NCBI RefSeq assembly: GCF_009834535.1 | Contig: NC_045698.1 | Coordinates: 2,916,001 to 2,980,000, forward strand | Source: Camelus ferus | Lineage: Eukaryota | Direction: 5' to 3' | DNA length: 64,000 nt | Shown: positions 24,420-37,670 of the stretch, piece by piece | Numbering within the stretch: position 1 is the first letter of the stretch | How the letters are laid out: each line of letters starts with the position of its first letter | Program-made: the position numbers and the translations under genes | Notes under the pieces: model-generated | The model's database searches: none | The model's input: only the letters and a program-made list of their open reading frames with translations | Told to the model about the DNA's origin: nothing

Positions 24420-25105
24420 AAAGTTTCTTTTAATCTTTGAATAAATTTAGATTTAGAAAAAAGGTTGCAAAGACAGTACAAAGAATTTCTGTATACTCTT
24501 CACAAGATTCTTCTAATGTTAACATATTATATAGCAATGTCAGACTTGTCAAAACTAAGCCAATAATATTCATACAATGTTATTAACTAAATAAACTATG
24601 CATGGTGCCTGCATTTCCCCAGTTTTTCCCCCTAATGTTCTCTCTCTGTTCCACGATCCAATCCAGGCTCATACACCGCCTTGCCCCTCATGCCACCTTT
24701 GATGAGTGTATTTCTCAATGCCCCCTTGTTTCTTTGACTTCGAGAGTTTTGAGGAGAGCTAAAGTTGTATCTGGTGGCACATCCTTCAGTTTGGGTCTGT
24801 CTGATGTTTTCCCACCATGAGATTGGACTTATGGATTTTGGGGAAGAAGACCACAGAGCTGAGGTGCCTTGTCATCCCCTCGCATCAGCAGGTTCACAGT
24901 AGCCACGTGGCAGTACTGGGGGAGTCAGCCTTGACCCCTTGGTTCAGGTGGTGGTTCCAGGTGTGCCCACTGTAAGTTGCAGTGTTTCCCTTCCCAGACT
25001 CTGTAAGTCCAGAAGTCTAGGTCACAGTCAAGGGGAAGGAGATTCAGTAACATCTTCTAGAGGGGATGTATCCACATATAGCATTTGGGATTTTTCTTTA
25101 AGACA
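24420..25105 (-). mobile_element. L1MC4-like 3' region
   Basis: atttagatttagaaaaaaggttgcaaagacagtaca...ttctaatgttaacat...tttgggtctgtctgatgtttt. Confidence 0.75.
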
Positions 25106-25470
25106 GATTTGTGACATACTGTTTATTTTACCAAGGAATAACAACTTTCATATAGAAAAAATTTTGATAATTTGCCACTGGCCACTGTAGCACACACTGC
25201 TGAAACCATGCTGCAATAATCTCTTGTAGATGTCTGCCCTGCCATGCTGCTTGTTAAAGAGGAAAGTCAGCCCATGACAAAATGTTCAGAGATAAATATG
25301 CAATTATTTTTGTTTTTCTCCTTTGTAGCCTGTCAATAGAAACAAAGATGATTTTGAATAAAAGCATCATTTCTGAGGGAACCACACAGGAGACATGAAC
25401 CTCTCATCATGGTAAGATGAGAGCCTAGCATAGGATTATGCTGTGCATAAACCAGCTGAAGCAGCCTACA

Positions 25471-26618
25471 GTTTGACTCCAGTACCATACTGTTTTGATT
25501 ACTATAGCTTTGAAGTATAGTTTGAAGCCAAGAAGTGTGATACTTCCAGCTTTGTTCTTCTTTCTCAAGATTGTTTTGGCTGTTTGGAATTTTTTTGTGG
25601 TTTCATATAAATTTGAGAATTCTTTGTTCTAGTTTTGTGAAATACGTACTTGGAGTTTTGATAAGTATTACCCTGAAACTGTAAATTGCCTTAGATAATA
25701 TAGATATTTTAATGATATTAATTCTTCCACTCTGTTAGTACAGTATAGCTTTCCTGTTGTGTCATCTTCAGTTTCTTTAATTAATGTTTTATAAGGTTCA
25801 GAGTATAGTCTTCTACCTCCTTGGCTAGATTTATTCCTAAGTATTTTATTCTTTTTGATGCAATTGTAAGTTGCCTTATATAAAAGACATCCTATGTGGC
25901 CCATAAACATACTACTCTCTGGTCACCAGAGGTATATGTTCTAAGCATATATATCCCCTCTTGTGGTTGCATGCGCCCTCCTGCTGAGGCAGGACCTAAT
26001 ACCATGGTGTGCAGGAAATCAGGGATGCCTGGCTGCAAGGCCCTACCTTGAGTAGTTGCAGGGTCCACTGGTGGGTGAGGTAGGCTCCTGGCACGGCTGT
26101 CTTTCTGGCCTGGAGGCAGCCAGATCCTGCTGGCCTGCTGGTGTGTGGGGCAAACTCCCAATACCAACAGCTAGAGGGAGAGTTTGAAAATGGCACTTGC
26201 CAGCATGGTCATCATCCTGTAGAACAAGTTCCCATAAATGGCTGCTGCCAGTGTCTCTATACCCAAGGGGTGTCCCAGGTTCCTCCTGCCTCTCTGGGAG
26301 GCGCTCCAAGATCAGCAAGTCAATTTGACTCAGGGTCCTTTCAAACTATTGCCTTTGTGCTGGGACTCGAAGCATGCGACACTTTGTGTGTGTCTTTTAA
26401 GAGCAGAATCTCTGATTCTTATAGCCCTCTGTCTCCCCTGAACATAAGCCCCATTGCTCTTCAAAGCCATGTGTTCTCAGGGCTTGTCTTCCCAGTGCAG
26501 GACCTCCAGGCTTGGGGGCCTGACATGCGGTTTGAAACTTTGCTCCTGGGGGAGGAATACTTCAGTTGTGAAATCCTTCCTATTTGGTGTTGCTGACGCC
26601 GGGGATGTGGGTCCTGAC
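25471..26618 (-). mobile_element. Internally deleted, 3'-truncated L1 (5' UTR fused to mid-ORF2)
   Basis: 25471-25870 is antisense ORF2 (ccagtaccatactgttttgattac...; KTLIKETEDDT). 25871-26618 resembles an antisense laurasiatherian L1 5' UTR. Confidence 0.75.
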
Positions 26619-26649
26619 AAGCAGACAACACAGGATAAGGCAAAGTGAA

Positions 26650-27305
26650 AATTGGTAATATTAAAATTAGATTGCAAAAAAATTGATAAAAAATCAGCAG
26701 CTATAATAAAATCCATATGAGTACAGTAAATGGAAGATTTGATGCCATAGAAAATTGAACCCATGATAAAAATGATAAAATTTAATAAATTTTCCCAGAA
26801 TATAGACAAAAATTAAAATCAATTTAACAAGAGAGAATAGAAGGTAAAAATAGGATAAAGGATAGATAATTGCTATGTCTAAGAAGACATGAGGACAAAC
26901 AGAAAAGAAAAAGAAAAGATTAAGATATCACAGAAGACAAATTTAATAAACTAAAGAAAAACACATACGTGCAGACTGAGCACACTTAAGAGATCTAAGG
27001 AAAAATATTAAAAACATACACAAATAAACTTACTTGTGCTGTCCTTGGTTTTCAAAGATTGAAAAGTGTTAGAAACATCCATTTCAACAAAAATGTATAT
27101 GATAGTGACATAAAATGATCTGTCTACAGATTTCTCTGCAGTGTAAAATTCAAAGAGGGCATGAACAGGGACTATTCATAGATTTTGAAAGTAAGTTTAC
27201 ATCTAAAAAAATTATAATTCATCAACTGTGAAGGCAAGAGAAATACATTTTAAGACACGAGAAACTTCAGAACATGTCTCATCTCTGTAACCTTCTTGAA
27301 AAGTT
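26650..27305 (+). mobile_element. Degenerate L1 ORF1 / HAL1-like fragment
   Basis: A-rich sense strand with cagatttctc...tgtgaaggcaagagaaatacattttaagaca, as in ORF1 C-terminal regions. Confidence 0.5.
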
Positions 27306-27660
27306 TCTTTTTCTTCCAACTATTCCAAGAACTCCTGATGAAACCACTATTCTCTACCATCCAGACCTCTAAGCTATAATCATTCTACTTATTTTCTATC
27401 AGAATTAAACCCATAGTCCAAAATTTATAATACTTTCAAGTTCAAATATACTCCTGTGTCTTCTCCCTGCACCAATTCACAAGCTCTAGATAAATCAGCA
27501 CTTCTACCATTGTTTTGTTTGCCATTTTATTCTGAGACGTTCTGGGGAAAATACAGAAGTCAATTTGATGATACTGTCATAATAAGAAAGGTTAGGACAG
27601 AGTGTGGTCTAGGTTAAAAGTGTGGAAATTGAAGCAAGACTGCTTGGATAAAGACTCCAG

Positions 27661-28372
27661 CATATTAGGGACATGCAAAATAAAACCACAATGATACACC
27701 CCCATTAGAATGGCTAAAATTAAAAACACTTGGTCATATCAAGTGTTGGTGAGAGTGTGGTGGGACGTGGACTCCCATTCATGGCTAGTAAGAATGTAAA
27801 ATGGTACTACTAACTTAGAAACAGTTTTGTAGTTTCTTAATAAATGAATAATACTTACCATATGACCCAGCCATCTCCTAGCTATTAACCCAAGAGAAAA
27901 GGAAATATAGTCCATGCAAAAATCTACTTGTATATGGACTTTCTCAGCATCTTTGTTTGTGATAGCCGAAACATGGAATCAAGTCAGATGCTCATCAAAC
28001 AGGTAAACAAACTGTGGCATATCCGTGAAATGCGATACTATTCAGCAGTAAAAATGAATGAGCAATTTGATGGCTCAAGAATAACTCTGTTGAGTAACAG
28101 AAGCCAGATAAAAAGACAACATTTTAGATCATGGAAACTGATTCATCGTTCTCTGAAAGCAGATTAGAGGTTGCTCTGGGGAGGCTGTGGGGATGGACAG
28201 AAGGAAGGAATAAACGGGCAAGAGGAGCTCTAAGGGTGCAGGATCTGTTCACTATTTTGATCCTGGTGATGGTTCCATGGGTGTATACATAGACTAAAAC
28301 TTACCAAGTCGTGTATTTTAAACATGCATAGTTTATCACACATCAATTACTCCTCAGTAAGGCTGTTTAAGA
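27661..28372 (+). mobile_element. L1MC/MD-like 3' end
   Basis: attagggacatgcaaaataaaaccacaatgatac...ttaccatatgacccagc...tcaattactcctcagtaaggctgtt. Confidence 0.85.
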
Positions 28373-28379
28373 ATTGTAT

Positions 28380-30140
28380 AGCCTACATTTTCTAACCATG
28401 ATGTAAGATCATTAGAATTTTAAAACTAAGTCTTAAAATTTTAAAGCATGGGAAAATAAAACACTGTCAATGAATTACCACCAAAACAAGGCATTATACC
28501 CAGATCACTAAAAAGTGAATTAGTTCAGATTTTCAAACCAAATCAACAGTAAGGTCCCAATCTACTTACATACCTTCAGAATATCAAAAGGGAAAATGCC
28601 TCCTGACCCTAGTATTTTGAAACTAGCAAAGCAAAGCAAACCCAATAAGGAAAATTGGCCAATCACACTTACGAGTGGAGATGCAAAACACTAGATACAA
28701 AACTATGAGTCAAATATAGAAACCCTCAGACCCAAGCACGGCATTCTGCAGAAACGTGAGCACAGCTCGCTCAGGAAACTGACTGGTTCATGTTAACACA
28801 CAGTAGGTTACATGAGAACTGTTTTCAGGACCACAGAATCACGAGATCAGAAACCCCTCAATGTATCTTCCACTCCTGCTTCAGAACAAGATCAATCTCT
28901 TAATAAATTACAATAAAAATGAAAGCTGAATAATATAAGAAATATCTTTTTTAAACCAAGAGCTATTTGATATTTAAGGATAAACCTTTCAGACATTACT
29001 AAAATTATTTAATACAATTTTGAATGTTTTTGTCTATATTTAGAGAAAAGGAAAATTTAGGTTATGGATGCTATACATAAAAATAAATTATTATTTGTGA
29101 ATAAATTATGTGTATATTTGAAAAATTCAAACTGGTCAACTGGTAGGATTAAAATCCTTGATTGTAAAAAGATTATATTAAATATTATGCAAAAAATCCC
29201 ATTCATAGTAGCAGCAAAAATACGTACTACTTAGAAATCAATTTAATGACAGAAGTTAAAGACCTAGATGAACAAGACTGAAATAATCTAATCAATCACA
29301 TAAAAGAAGATGAATTCACACAAGGAGAAGCTACATTTCCCAATAGAAAAAAACGTATATTTTTCAAATGTCAATTATTCCAAAATCACTCTTCAGTGTA
29401 ATACAAATCCAATAAAAATGTGAACTGGATTTTATGCAGAACATGGCAAAATGGCCAAAAATCTATTTCTTCAGGAAAACTGAATAGCCTAATAAAATAG
29501 ACAGCACTGGCTCTTTTTAGTATCCCCCACCTCCATGAAGAAGCCCCAGATTCAGAGAGATTTGGGGGAAGTTGTGAAAAAAGTATCTCTGGTTCAGATA
29601 ACCCTTTTCTTTTCAACTTTTATAAAGAATGAGTTCTCACTCACTTTTTTTAAAAGCCGGTCAAACATGAGTCTCAGATGTTGTCAAGGACAAGCACAAA
29701 TCATTTTATCTTATAAACACAGATTTGAAAATTACAAGTAATATATTAGTAAGTTAAACATAAACACACCTATGAACAATTAAAGATTATGATTATTTCC
29801 AGGAAAATATTCTATTGTCTAATAGTTTAAATGGACGTCCTTGATCTTGTTAAGAAATTTAAAAAACGATATTTGATAAATTTCAGCATTTATCTCTGGT
29901 AACTACTCTCAGGAAACGAGGTGTAGAATCGTTCATTACATGAAAGGGTGAACAAATCAGAATTCAGTTTGAAGTACAATTAACAGGGAAAAACGAGTGA
30001 CATTCTAATCTCAGGTAAGACCATGGAAACGATCCTACTTTTAGACAATTTTCTGGGCGTCTTAACCAACACAACGCAGAAAGGAAAAGAGACAGACCAT
30101 GCATACTGGAAAACGAGCCTCAAGTTGTCACCGTTTTGCT
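28380..30140 (+). mobile_element. Scattered very old L1 ORF2 fragments
   Basis: Patches such as aatcccattcatagtagcagcaaaaa...agaaatcaatttaa...aagacctagatgaac and atttgataaatttcagcatt. Confidence 0.5.
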
Positions 30141-30169
30141 AGTCGACCACTTGGATTAAAGAGCGTAAC

Positions 30170-31410
30170 TGGACGCCCAGATGGACGGGGATCTCCGCAA
30201 GATGCGGAGGTCTGGAAAACCCGTGCGTGTGGAAGTTACAGCCCCGACTTCCAAAAATAACAGGAAGAGTGAGGCGCAGCTAGAAAGGCTGGAGAGGAAG
30301 AAAGAGTGAACCGAGCCCGGGAGTTCCAAGCGGAGGATTTCCAGGAGGGGCTGTAGACACGGGTGCACACTCTAGAGACGGATTTCAGTTTGTAGAGGCC
30401 GCGAGAGCGGCTCTCGCAGAGCTCGGCGAGCACGGCCCCGGCTGAGCCCTGACAGCCACGCCCGGAGTGCTCCGAGGCCAAGCGTCCCACGGGCGGCTGC
30501 GGGCCCTGCGGGGACCAACCTGCAGCGATGCTCCGCGAGCCCTTTCCCGGCCAGGAGGACTTCCGCAGGGCGCTCCGGCCCTCTGGGGTCAGCCTCCCTC
30601 CCGGTGGTCTGACACTGCCTCCTCCATCGCCTCTCACACTCCGCTCTCCTGGCACAGTCCTTCCTCGTGTTTGCTTCTCAGAGGACCTGGACTTACACGC
30701 AGTGACAGCGTTCTGTTCCTGTGTCGCTTTAACAAAAAGGAATAAACGTCTCAAACAGTTTTGCAAGGGCCCTGCACTGTCCCTGCAGAAGAATTTTCCG
30801 CGTTGAGCAGGGGCTGGAGGGGACGCTGACTCGGAGAGGCCGAGGCAGCCTCCCGTCCTGAATCACCGGGGAGAAGGTGGCAGGCCTCGCCAGGCACCAG
30901 ACAGAGAGGGGGGGGCTTCATCCTCAGGACGGTACCCTGGTGGCGTTTTCTCCAGCCACCGGGCTTCCCTTCCCCGCGGGCACATGCGGTTGAATACATC
31001 CCCGGTCGTTAGGCCAAGGGGTGTGGGGCCGGAGGGGCGGCCCCGCGGGCGCTGCGAGCGGGAAGCCGGCGCAGAAGGCAGGCGCGCGGGCAGTGAGCGC
31101 CGGCGGGCGGCGGGGCCGGAGGGTGGGCGGCGAGCGGACACCTGCCACAGCCCGGGCGACGGCGAGGCCTGGGGGGCGCTGGTGGCTGGACTAGAGAGGC
31201 AGGGGAAGCGGAGGTCTTCCAGGCAAGACCAAGGACGTGCGGGCTGCGCGTGAGAAGGGAATTGAAGAGAAGCCTTGAAGGACGGGTCAGCCTGTCTTTC
31301 CTCCAAATAGAGGAGTGGGCTCTTGCCCACGGGGGAGAGGGGAGAAGGCAGGCAGGCTGTCTAGGTCCGGGGCCAAGTCCCGCCCCACGCAGCCCCTTCC
31401 GCCACCTGCC
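30170..31410. promoter_or_regulatory. CpG island (orphan; promoter- or enhancer-like)
   Basis: High CpG density with peak at 30950-31250 and several GGGCGG boxes (about 31035, 31105, 31125). Confidence 0.75.
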
Positions 31411-31538
31411 TGCTGTGTTTGCTCTTCGATGCAGTGAAGGTAGCACCGGCTATTTCAGGCTGTTCGCACAGAAATCACTCCAGAAGATTTGGACAAAATG
31501 TAATTCTATAAGCCCTCATCCGGAGTCCTCATAAATCT

Positions 31539-31795
31539 AATTATGGTTACCCAAGGGGAGCGTGGGGGAGGGAGGAAGGGATTAACAGATGCACACTCCC
31601 ACATATAAAATACAGAAACAACAAAGACCCGCTGTGTAGCACAGGGGGCTACATTCAATATCTTGTAATAAGCCATAATGGAAGAGAATCCGAAAAAAGA
31701 ATATAGATATATACATACATGTATAACCGAATCACTTTGCTGTACATCTGAAACTAACACAATATTGTAAGTCAGCTATACTTCAGTTAAAAAAA
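31539..31795 (+). mobile_element. 5'-truncated cetartiodactyl L1 3' end (L1_Art-like) with TSD
   Basis: tatggttacccaagggg...gtagcacaggg...atcactttgctgtacatctgaaactaacaca plus A-tail. TSD agtcctcataaatct (31524-31538) / agttctcataaatct (31796-31810). Confidence 0.9.
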
Positions 31796-31864
31796 AGTTC
31801 TCATAAATCTGAATTTCGGGTTTCTTCTTTTGTATGTAGGGTGAAAGCTAGGGCCAAAGTAGAT

Positions 31865-31901
31865 TTGTTTTGTTTTGTTTTGTTTTGTTTTATTTTGTTT
31901 T
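31865..31901. repeat. (TTTTG)n pentanucleotide repeat
   Basis: Read directly from the sequence. Confidence 0.9.
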
Positions 31902-32154
31902 ACTTAAGTATAAAGTATGAGACTTTGAGATGTTTCTGAAAAGCGTGTAAGGAAAAATGCTTTGATGGCACCAAAACTGTATTTTTCATGTTTCTGTAAA
32001 GAAATCATTGGCACATAAACAAACAAACAAAAAAGTAAAGTCTTCAACATAATATTAAAACATCAACCAAAGATCAAACTTTCTGATTGCTGTTTAAAAG
32101 TACCTAAATTATTTTTAAAACAGTAGACTCAACATTAAAAATTTGATGATATTT

Positions 32155-32948
32155 TGTTTTGGCAGAGGGTGTGGAAAAAAGGAAACCCTCCTACAATGTT
32201 GGTGGAAATGTGGTTTGGTGCAGCCGCTATGAAAAGCAGCATGGAGACTCCTCAAAAAACTAAAGATCGACTTACCATACGATCCATCAACCCTACTCCT
32301 GGGTATGTATCCAGAGGGAACTCTAGTTCAGAAAGATACATGAGCCCCAATGTTCATAGCAGCACCATTTACAACAGCTAAGACATGGAAGCAACCTGAA
32401 TGTCCATTGACAGGTGACTGGATAAAGAAACTATGGTATATTTATACAATGGAACACTACTTAGCCAAAGAAAAGAATAAAATAATGTCATTTGCAGCAA
32501 CATTGACGGACCTAGACATCATCATTCTAAGTGAAGTAAGCCACAAAGAGAAAGAAAAATATCATATATCACTCATATGTGGAATCTTAAAAAAAAAAAA
32601 GAAAGAACGAAAGAAAAAAGGGGGCACTAATGAACTCATCTATAAAAGAAACAGACTTGCAGACATAGTAAACAATCTTATGGTTACCAGGGGAAAGGGG
32701 TGGGAAGGGATAAATTTGGGAGTTTGATATTTGTAAAGGTTATCCACTATATATAGAAATAGATAAAAAACAAATTTCTTCTGTATAGCACAGGGAACTA
32801 TATTCAATATCTTGTAATAACCTTTAGTGTAAAAGCATATGAAAATGAATATATGTATATAGATGTATGACTGGAACATTGTGCTATACACCAGAAATGG
32901 ACACACTGTAACTGACTATACTTAAAAAATATTAAAATAAATTAAAAA
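32155..32948 (+). mobile_element. Relatively young lineage-specific L1 3' end
   Basis: ORF 32350..32727 MFIAAPFTTAKTWKQPECP..DWIKKLWYIYTMEHY (L1 ORF2 C-terminus). 3' UTR gtatagcacagggaactatattcaatatcttgtaataacc, then A-rich tail. Confidence 0.9.
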
Positions 32949-35624
32949 GTGTAAGTTTTCCTGACTCTGAACTTGGGGTAGCATTTTTCCATTTTGAATG
33001 CAAATATAATCATTAATTGTAATAAACATTTATAGAACATAGAATGCAGACAGTCCAATTCCCTGCTGAGGAAAGAGGTTGCCATCAAAAATTTGTCTGT
33101 TTACAGGAGGAGTCCACTGGTCTCAGGATAGTTTTCAGGCTCCTGGTACAGAAGGGAGCTGAAGCTATCCTGTGTAACAAGCAGAATTTTGCCCCATTTG
33201 TCACGAGGTAAATGCCTCCGGGAGTCACCTCTGTGATTTCTAGAACGTCAGGGGGTTAGGAGCAGCTGATGCCGGAAACGCAAGCTGGGCTTCTGTCATC
33301 CTCCAGCAGGTGGATAGATAGGGAAGGCTGAGTCTGGAGGTGTTTCCTTTTCTCCAGGGGAACACCCGCTCAGAGCTCTCAGCACTTCCCCGGAGCTGAA
33401 TCGCCCATGCAGTCCTTCTCTCTACTCTGCGGAGGTCTGGGTTCTGGCCAGCGGGGTCACTGTAGGAGGTCTGACCAGACCCTTGTCGCCTCGTCTTCCA
33501 TTTCAAGGGCAGGGAAAGACGCTAGAGCTGAGTCAGACTGCCCTTTCCCGGGCCGGGAGAGGGCCGCGAGTGGGGGGATGTCTGGGAAGGAGGTAACAGT
33601 TAAAGCCTCTGGAGCAATAGGAGCTATTTTTAAAAGGAGTGACGTGACTCCCGAGAATCCTAGAATGAGTGGATCGCCATCCAAAGGTCGCATGGAGGTC
33701 ACTGTCTTGATTTCCCAGAGACACCTGCAGCCAGAGGTTTAGGCTGCGTTGCTGGAGACAGAAAGCTGATTTCCAGTCTCCCCTGGCAAGGATGCTGCCT
33801 GCTGGCTGATCAGCCCGGAAGGGATCTGAGCCCTTTGTTGTCCTTTGTGGTCAGGACAATAGGTGGGTAAACGGCAGGATAAGAGCTGTGAAAAAAGTGT
33901 GGTTGGAGTGCCCAGCTGCCTCTTGACCTTCCTTCCCCCAGGCTGCTGGGATGCTGAAAGTCCACAGGAATTGGGTTTCCCTGACAGAGCTCACATGTGG
34001 GGCCAGCTCAGGGTCTGAATGTGCAGAGAAAGGACCATCTTATCTGATGCTGCGTGCCTGTGTCTGGCAATGCCAGCAGGCTATGTAATTCCTTCATCAT
34101 TCTTTCTGACTCTATTTTAAATCTCCCTCTGATGGCCAACATACAAAAGCATACAGCAGCTGATTTCATTTTCCCCCATGAGAGAGATCTTGAGCGTTCT
34201 CTGGATAAGGCTGGAACATGCAGACTGCACCTTGCCACAGCATCCTTGGCTAATTTCTTCTGGATTGAGTGCTACCAGATACGGAGACATTCAATTCACT
34301 TCTTTCCTCTTTGACCCAACCCACCTCTCCAGCTTCACCTTCAACCATCTTCAACATAAACCATCCTTCTGTCCAAAGATAATACGCTGCTTAGAATGTC
34401 CTCTCCCCCATCATTCCTTCCTTCCCTCAAGAACGTCCTTCCCCAGCAAAGTCGAAGTCTCCACCTAAGAAAAGAGTTTCCTCACATGCATGGGGGATTT
34501 TGTCTGCCCTTCAACCTGGGCTCCAGCTTGTCAAGAAGCTACAGTTTCTGCTAGAATCGGCCGCTCTGCCCTCAGGTCTCTTGGATTTGATTATACACAC
34601 ATTCAATAAAAGCATCTTTAAGATACTGCTCTTGGTCATGGATGGACATGTGAAAGTGACTGTTTCAAAAACAGAGCCTTGTAGCAATTCGTTAGACATT
34701 CATCTATGTCGACTTTGATTAATTAGTATTCTCTGAGAACAGTCTTGTAAGGAGCAACACAGCGTCCTACCTGAACTCCAAGCGTGCTGCTGGTTCTGCA
34801 CACATTGCCAAATGTGTCACGGACGACTGGGTCACCGGTCTGTGTCCACAGCATTGGCTGGTCTGTACTCTAGACCACACGGAAACAGAGGTGAGCATCT
34901 CTGGACAAGATTCATTTCCAGGGAACCCACATCGGTCTTCGCTGACTTCTGCCAGTTTCCTTCTCCTAACTGCCCCCAAATAACCAACCTACTAATTACT
35001 CTTGGAGTTTGCTGTGAATCAATAGCAAGCACATCACTCAGGAAATCCTGGCATTTACCCACTTTTGAAAATGGATATACTTGTTCATCTTAATTTCTTT
35101 TGGCACCTCTGTGTTTGAAGAGAAAACCCATTAGCACGTTAGTTCAGCCAGTTCTTTGTATTGATGTGAAATAGATGAAAAATCAGCCAAGTTTGTCCCC
35201 TGGATTTTGAGCTTCAGCCCTCTGAACCTCTTCCTCAGGGTGTGAGCCATGCTCTTCTGTTGTTCCAGAGATTAAAAACACACAAAAACAAAAACAAACA
35301 AACAAACAAAAAGCAGTGCTATATATTCTTGAGTTCCCCATGTTCTGTTGATAAAATCACACTTTTATTTTCCCCTGAAACTTTCAGAATCTTATTATTT
35401 TACCTGTTGGATGGATATCCTTATGAATTTCACCAAGTCTGTTCTTTCAAAATATCTGGGGGAAATGAAGCTGGAGAGAAAAGTGTTAATTCCATGTTGT
35501 GTTTTTCATTAGTCGAGTCCAGGGGACGCTACAAGTCCAAGGCGCCAGGCTTTTGGCTCCTTCCAAACTTCAACCAGAGCACCTCTGTTTTTGTTTCTTT
35601 TTTTTAAAGGACTGCTATTTCAAT

Positions 35625-35756
35625 TTTATTTTTAATTTTTAGGGGTGGAGGTAATTAGGTTTATTTATTTTAATTTTTTTAATGGAGGTACTGAGGATTG
35701 AACCCAGGACCTCGTGCACGCTAAGCACATGCTGTACCACTGAGCTGACCCTTCCC
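35625..35756 (-). mobile_element. Camelid tRNA-derived SINE (Vic-1 type)
   Basis: Minus strand gggaagggtcAGCTCAGTGGtacagcatgtgcttagcgtgcacgaggtcctgGGTTCAATCCtcagtacctcca + A-rich + acctaattacctcc + A-rich tail. A and B boxes present. Confidence 0.85.
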
Positions 35757-35944
35757 ATTTCCTGTCTTCATATTCGTTTTCATGTAATATTACTTCTGGA
35801 GAAAAAATGTTCTTTTCAGATGTCATCTTCTGACCCTTGCATCTACCATTTCAACCCTCCCCATCTCCACCCTCTTCCCCACTGTCTCGGTCTCCTTGGC
35901 ACTTGCCGACACACATCCTCACTTACCTTGCATCCTGCCTTCCT

Positions 35945-36062
35945 CCCCACTACAGGGTAAGCTCCAACATGGAGGGGTCTTGTGTGTTTTCTTCATCACT
36001 GTGCCCCCACGCTTTGAAGGGTGTCAAGCCCGTAGTGGGATTCAGGAAATATTTGTTGTTTA
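35945..36062 (+). mobile_element. LINE-2 3' end
   Basis: cccactacagggtaagctcc...cttcatcactgtgccccca...aaatatttgttg. Confidence 0.65.
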
Positions 36063-37469
36063 ACAGCATCTCAGTGCGTACCCACTGCCCAGCCTCCCTC
36101 CTGTAACCCCTTGCCCCTCCATCCTCACTCACAGAGATGCAAGCAGGAAGACAGTGCCAGCAGTAGCATCCTCTTTGCACCTGCTCACACAGCTTAGCGC
36201 AACAGCCCACCAGTGGGAGGAAGAAGCGGGTAGCTTTACACACAGTAGTTAGAAGCCCATGGCTTTCTCAACACAAAGTCCTGAATGGGGTGTTTGTCAC
36301 ACACTGAGGTTTAGACGATGAGACTCAGACCTACGTATCAGAGTTCACAGTACCAGGTCTGCAGTTAAGAGTGCTCGCAACTATTATCTTAAGTCCCTCT
36401 TGTGTACAAGGAACGGTTACTAGCCTCGAAGTCGACACCCTCTGAGGCTGAGTCATTTGTGAACACGCTGGGCTGTTCTCTTCAGAGCCGCCATCACTTT
36501 ATATGGGAGCTTGGAGGCTGGTTTAATTAAAGTTATCTGAATAGCGTACAGTTTGCCAGATGTTCGTAATAAATATAATGCAGCTTATGTAATGGTATGC
36601 CATCATGGAATATATTGGAATGGTTGTGATTATCCATTATTACCTATCATAAATCTAAATTTATTTCACCGTTTTTAGGCATTAAGCTTTTCTCAACCAC
36701 TATAAATTAGCTTAGTATTTGAACTTTGCCTTTTGCTGAAGTTTTTCCAATAGAGATAATTAAAGAGCTCTTTTGGCAAAATTAGTTTGCGTTACTCCCA
36801 TTAGACTCAAACATCCACATACATCCACGTGGGAGACTACAGTCTACGATAGTGATGTTTGTGATGGACATTTTAAAGTACAAATATCAGTGAAACATGT
36901 TTCTCTTTCTATTTTTTTCCTGCAGTGTACAAAGGTAAATATTCTAAATTTAGTTCCTTGAACTCTTTATCTCCATTGTACAATGCTATTTAAAATTTTA
37001 TTTTTGAAAATAGTAGACTGCCTAATATTTTCAGAATGAGAAGACCTTGGCTTAATAAGCACGGAGCACGTGGAGAACACTCACCTCTTATACAGCTGCG
37101 ACCAGGGAGCACGTGGAGGGCGGGATCTCCTCCCCAGGGAGGACAGGGGCGTGGCCGGCTAATGGGCAGAGTAGGTGTACGGGCAGCTGATTTTTGTTAA
37201 AGATGTGTTTTCACAGAAAGCAAACACACTGTGAGGTTTCTTTTGGTGTTTGGGGGATGATGCGCACCTGTAAATTCATATTCTCTGTCACTTCAGTGAA
37301 CTCACTGATCCGCTCTCCCAGAGAGCCTCGCTTCCCCTACTCTGGGGAAGACCATGGCCGAGTCTCCTTGTGGAGAATCAGCCCTATAATGAAGTAGCTT
37401 ACTCGTTAAGTCTGAGGACCTGATTAAATATTTGAGTGTAAACATGAAGGTTTTTGGTATAAGAGTTTG

Positions 37470-37670
37470 GAGTTTAGGGACAGGAATGTGGAAGTTGTCA
37501 ACAGACAGATGGTTTTTAAGATATGAGCCAGAATGAGGTCATCATGGTGGTGAGTTTATGGGGAGATCAAGTTGTGGTCAGTGAGGGAGACACCAGATGG
37601 AGGGGAGAGAGAAGGACGGGGAAGAGGGGAGGCACTAAGAGACCCTTGTCCACATTTAGGAGTGAAAGTA
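37470..37670 (-). mobile_element. LINE-2 fragment
   Basis: ggaagttgtcaacagacagatggtttttaag...gaatgaggtcatc...ccacatttagg. Confidence 0.5.

Noticed and set aside
30236..31446. Several 90-176 aa ORFs in the second CpG island
   Set aside because: GC-driven shadow ORFs with low-complexity composition and no supporting splice chain.
35685..35756. tRNA-Ala-like gene
   Set aside because: Acceptor stem is degenerate and it is followed by the SINE tail; it is a SINE head.
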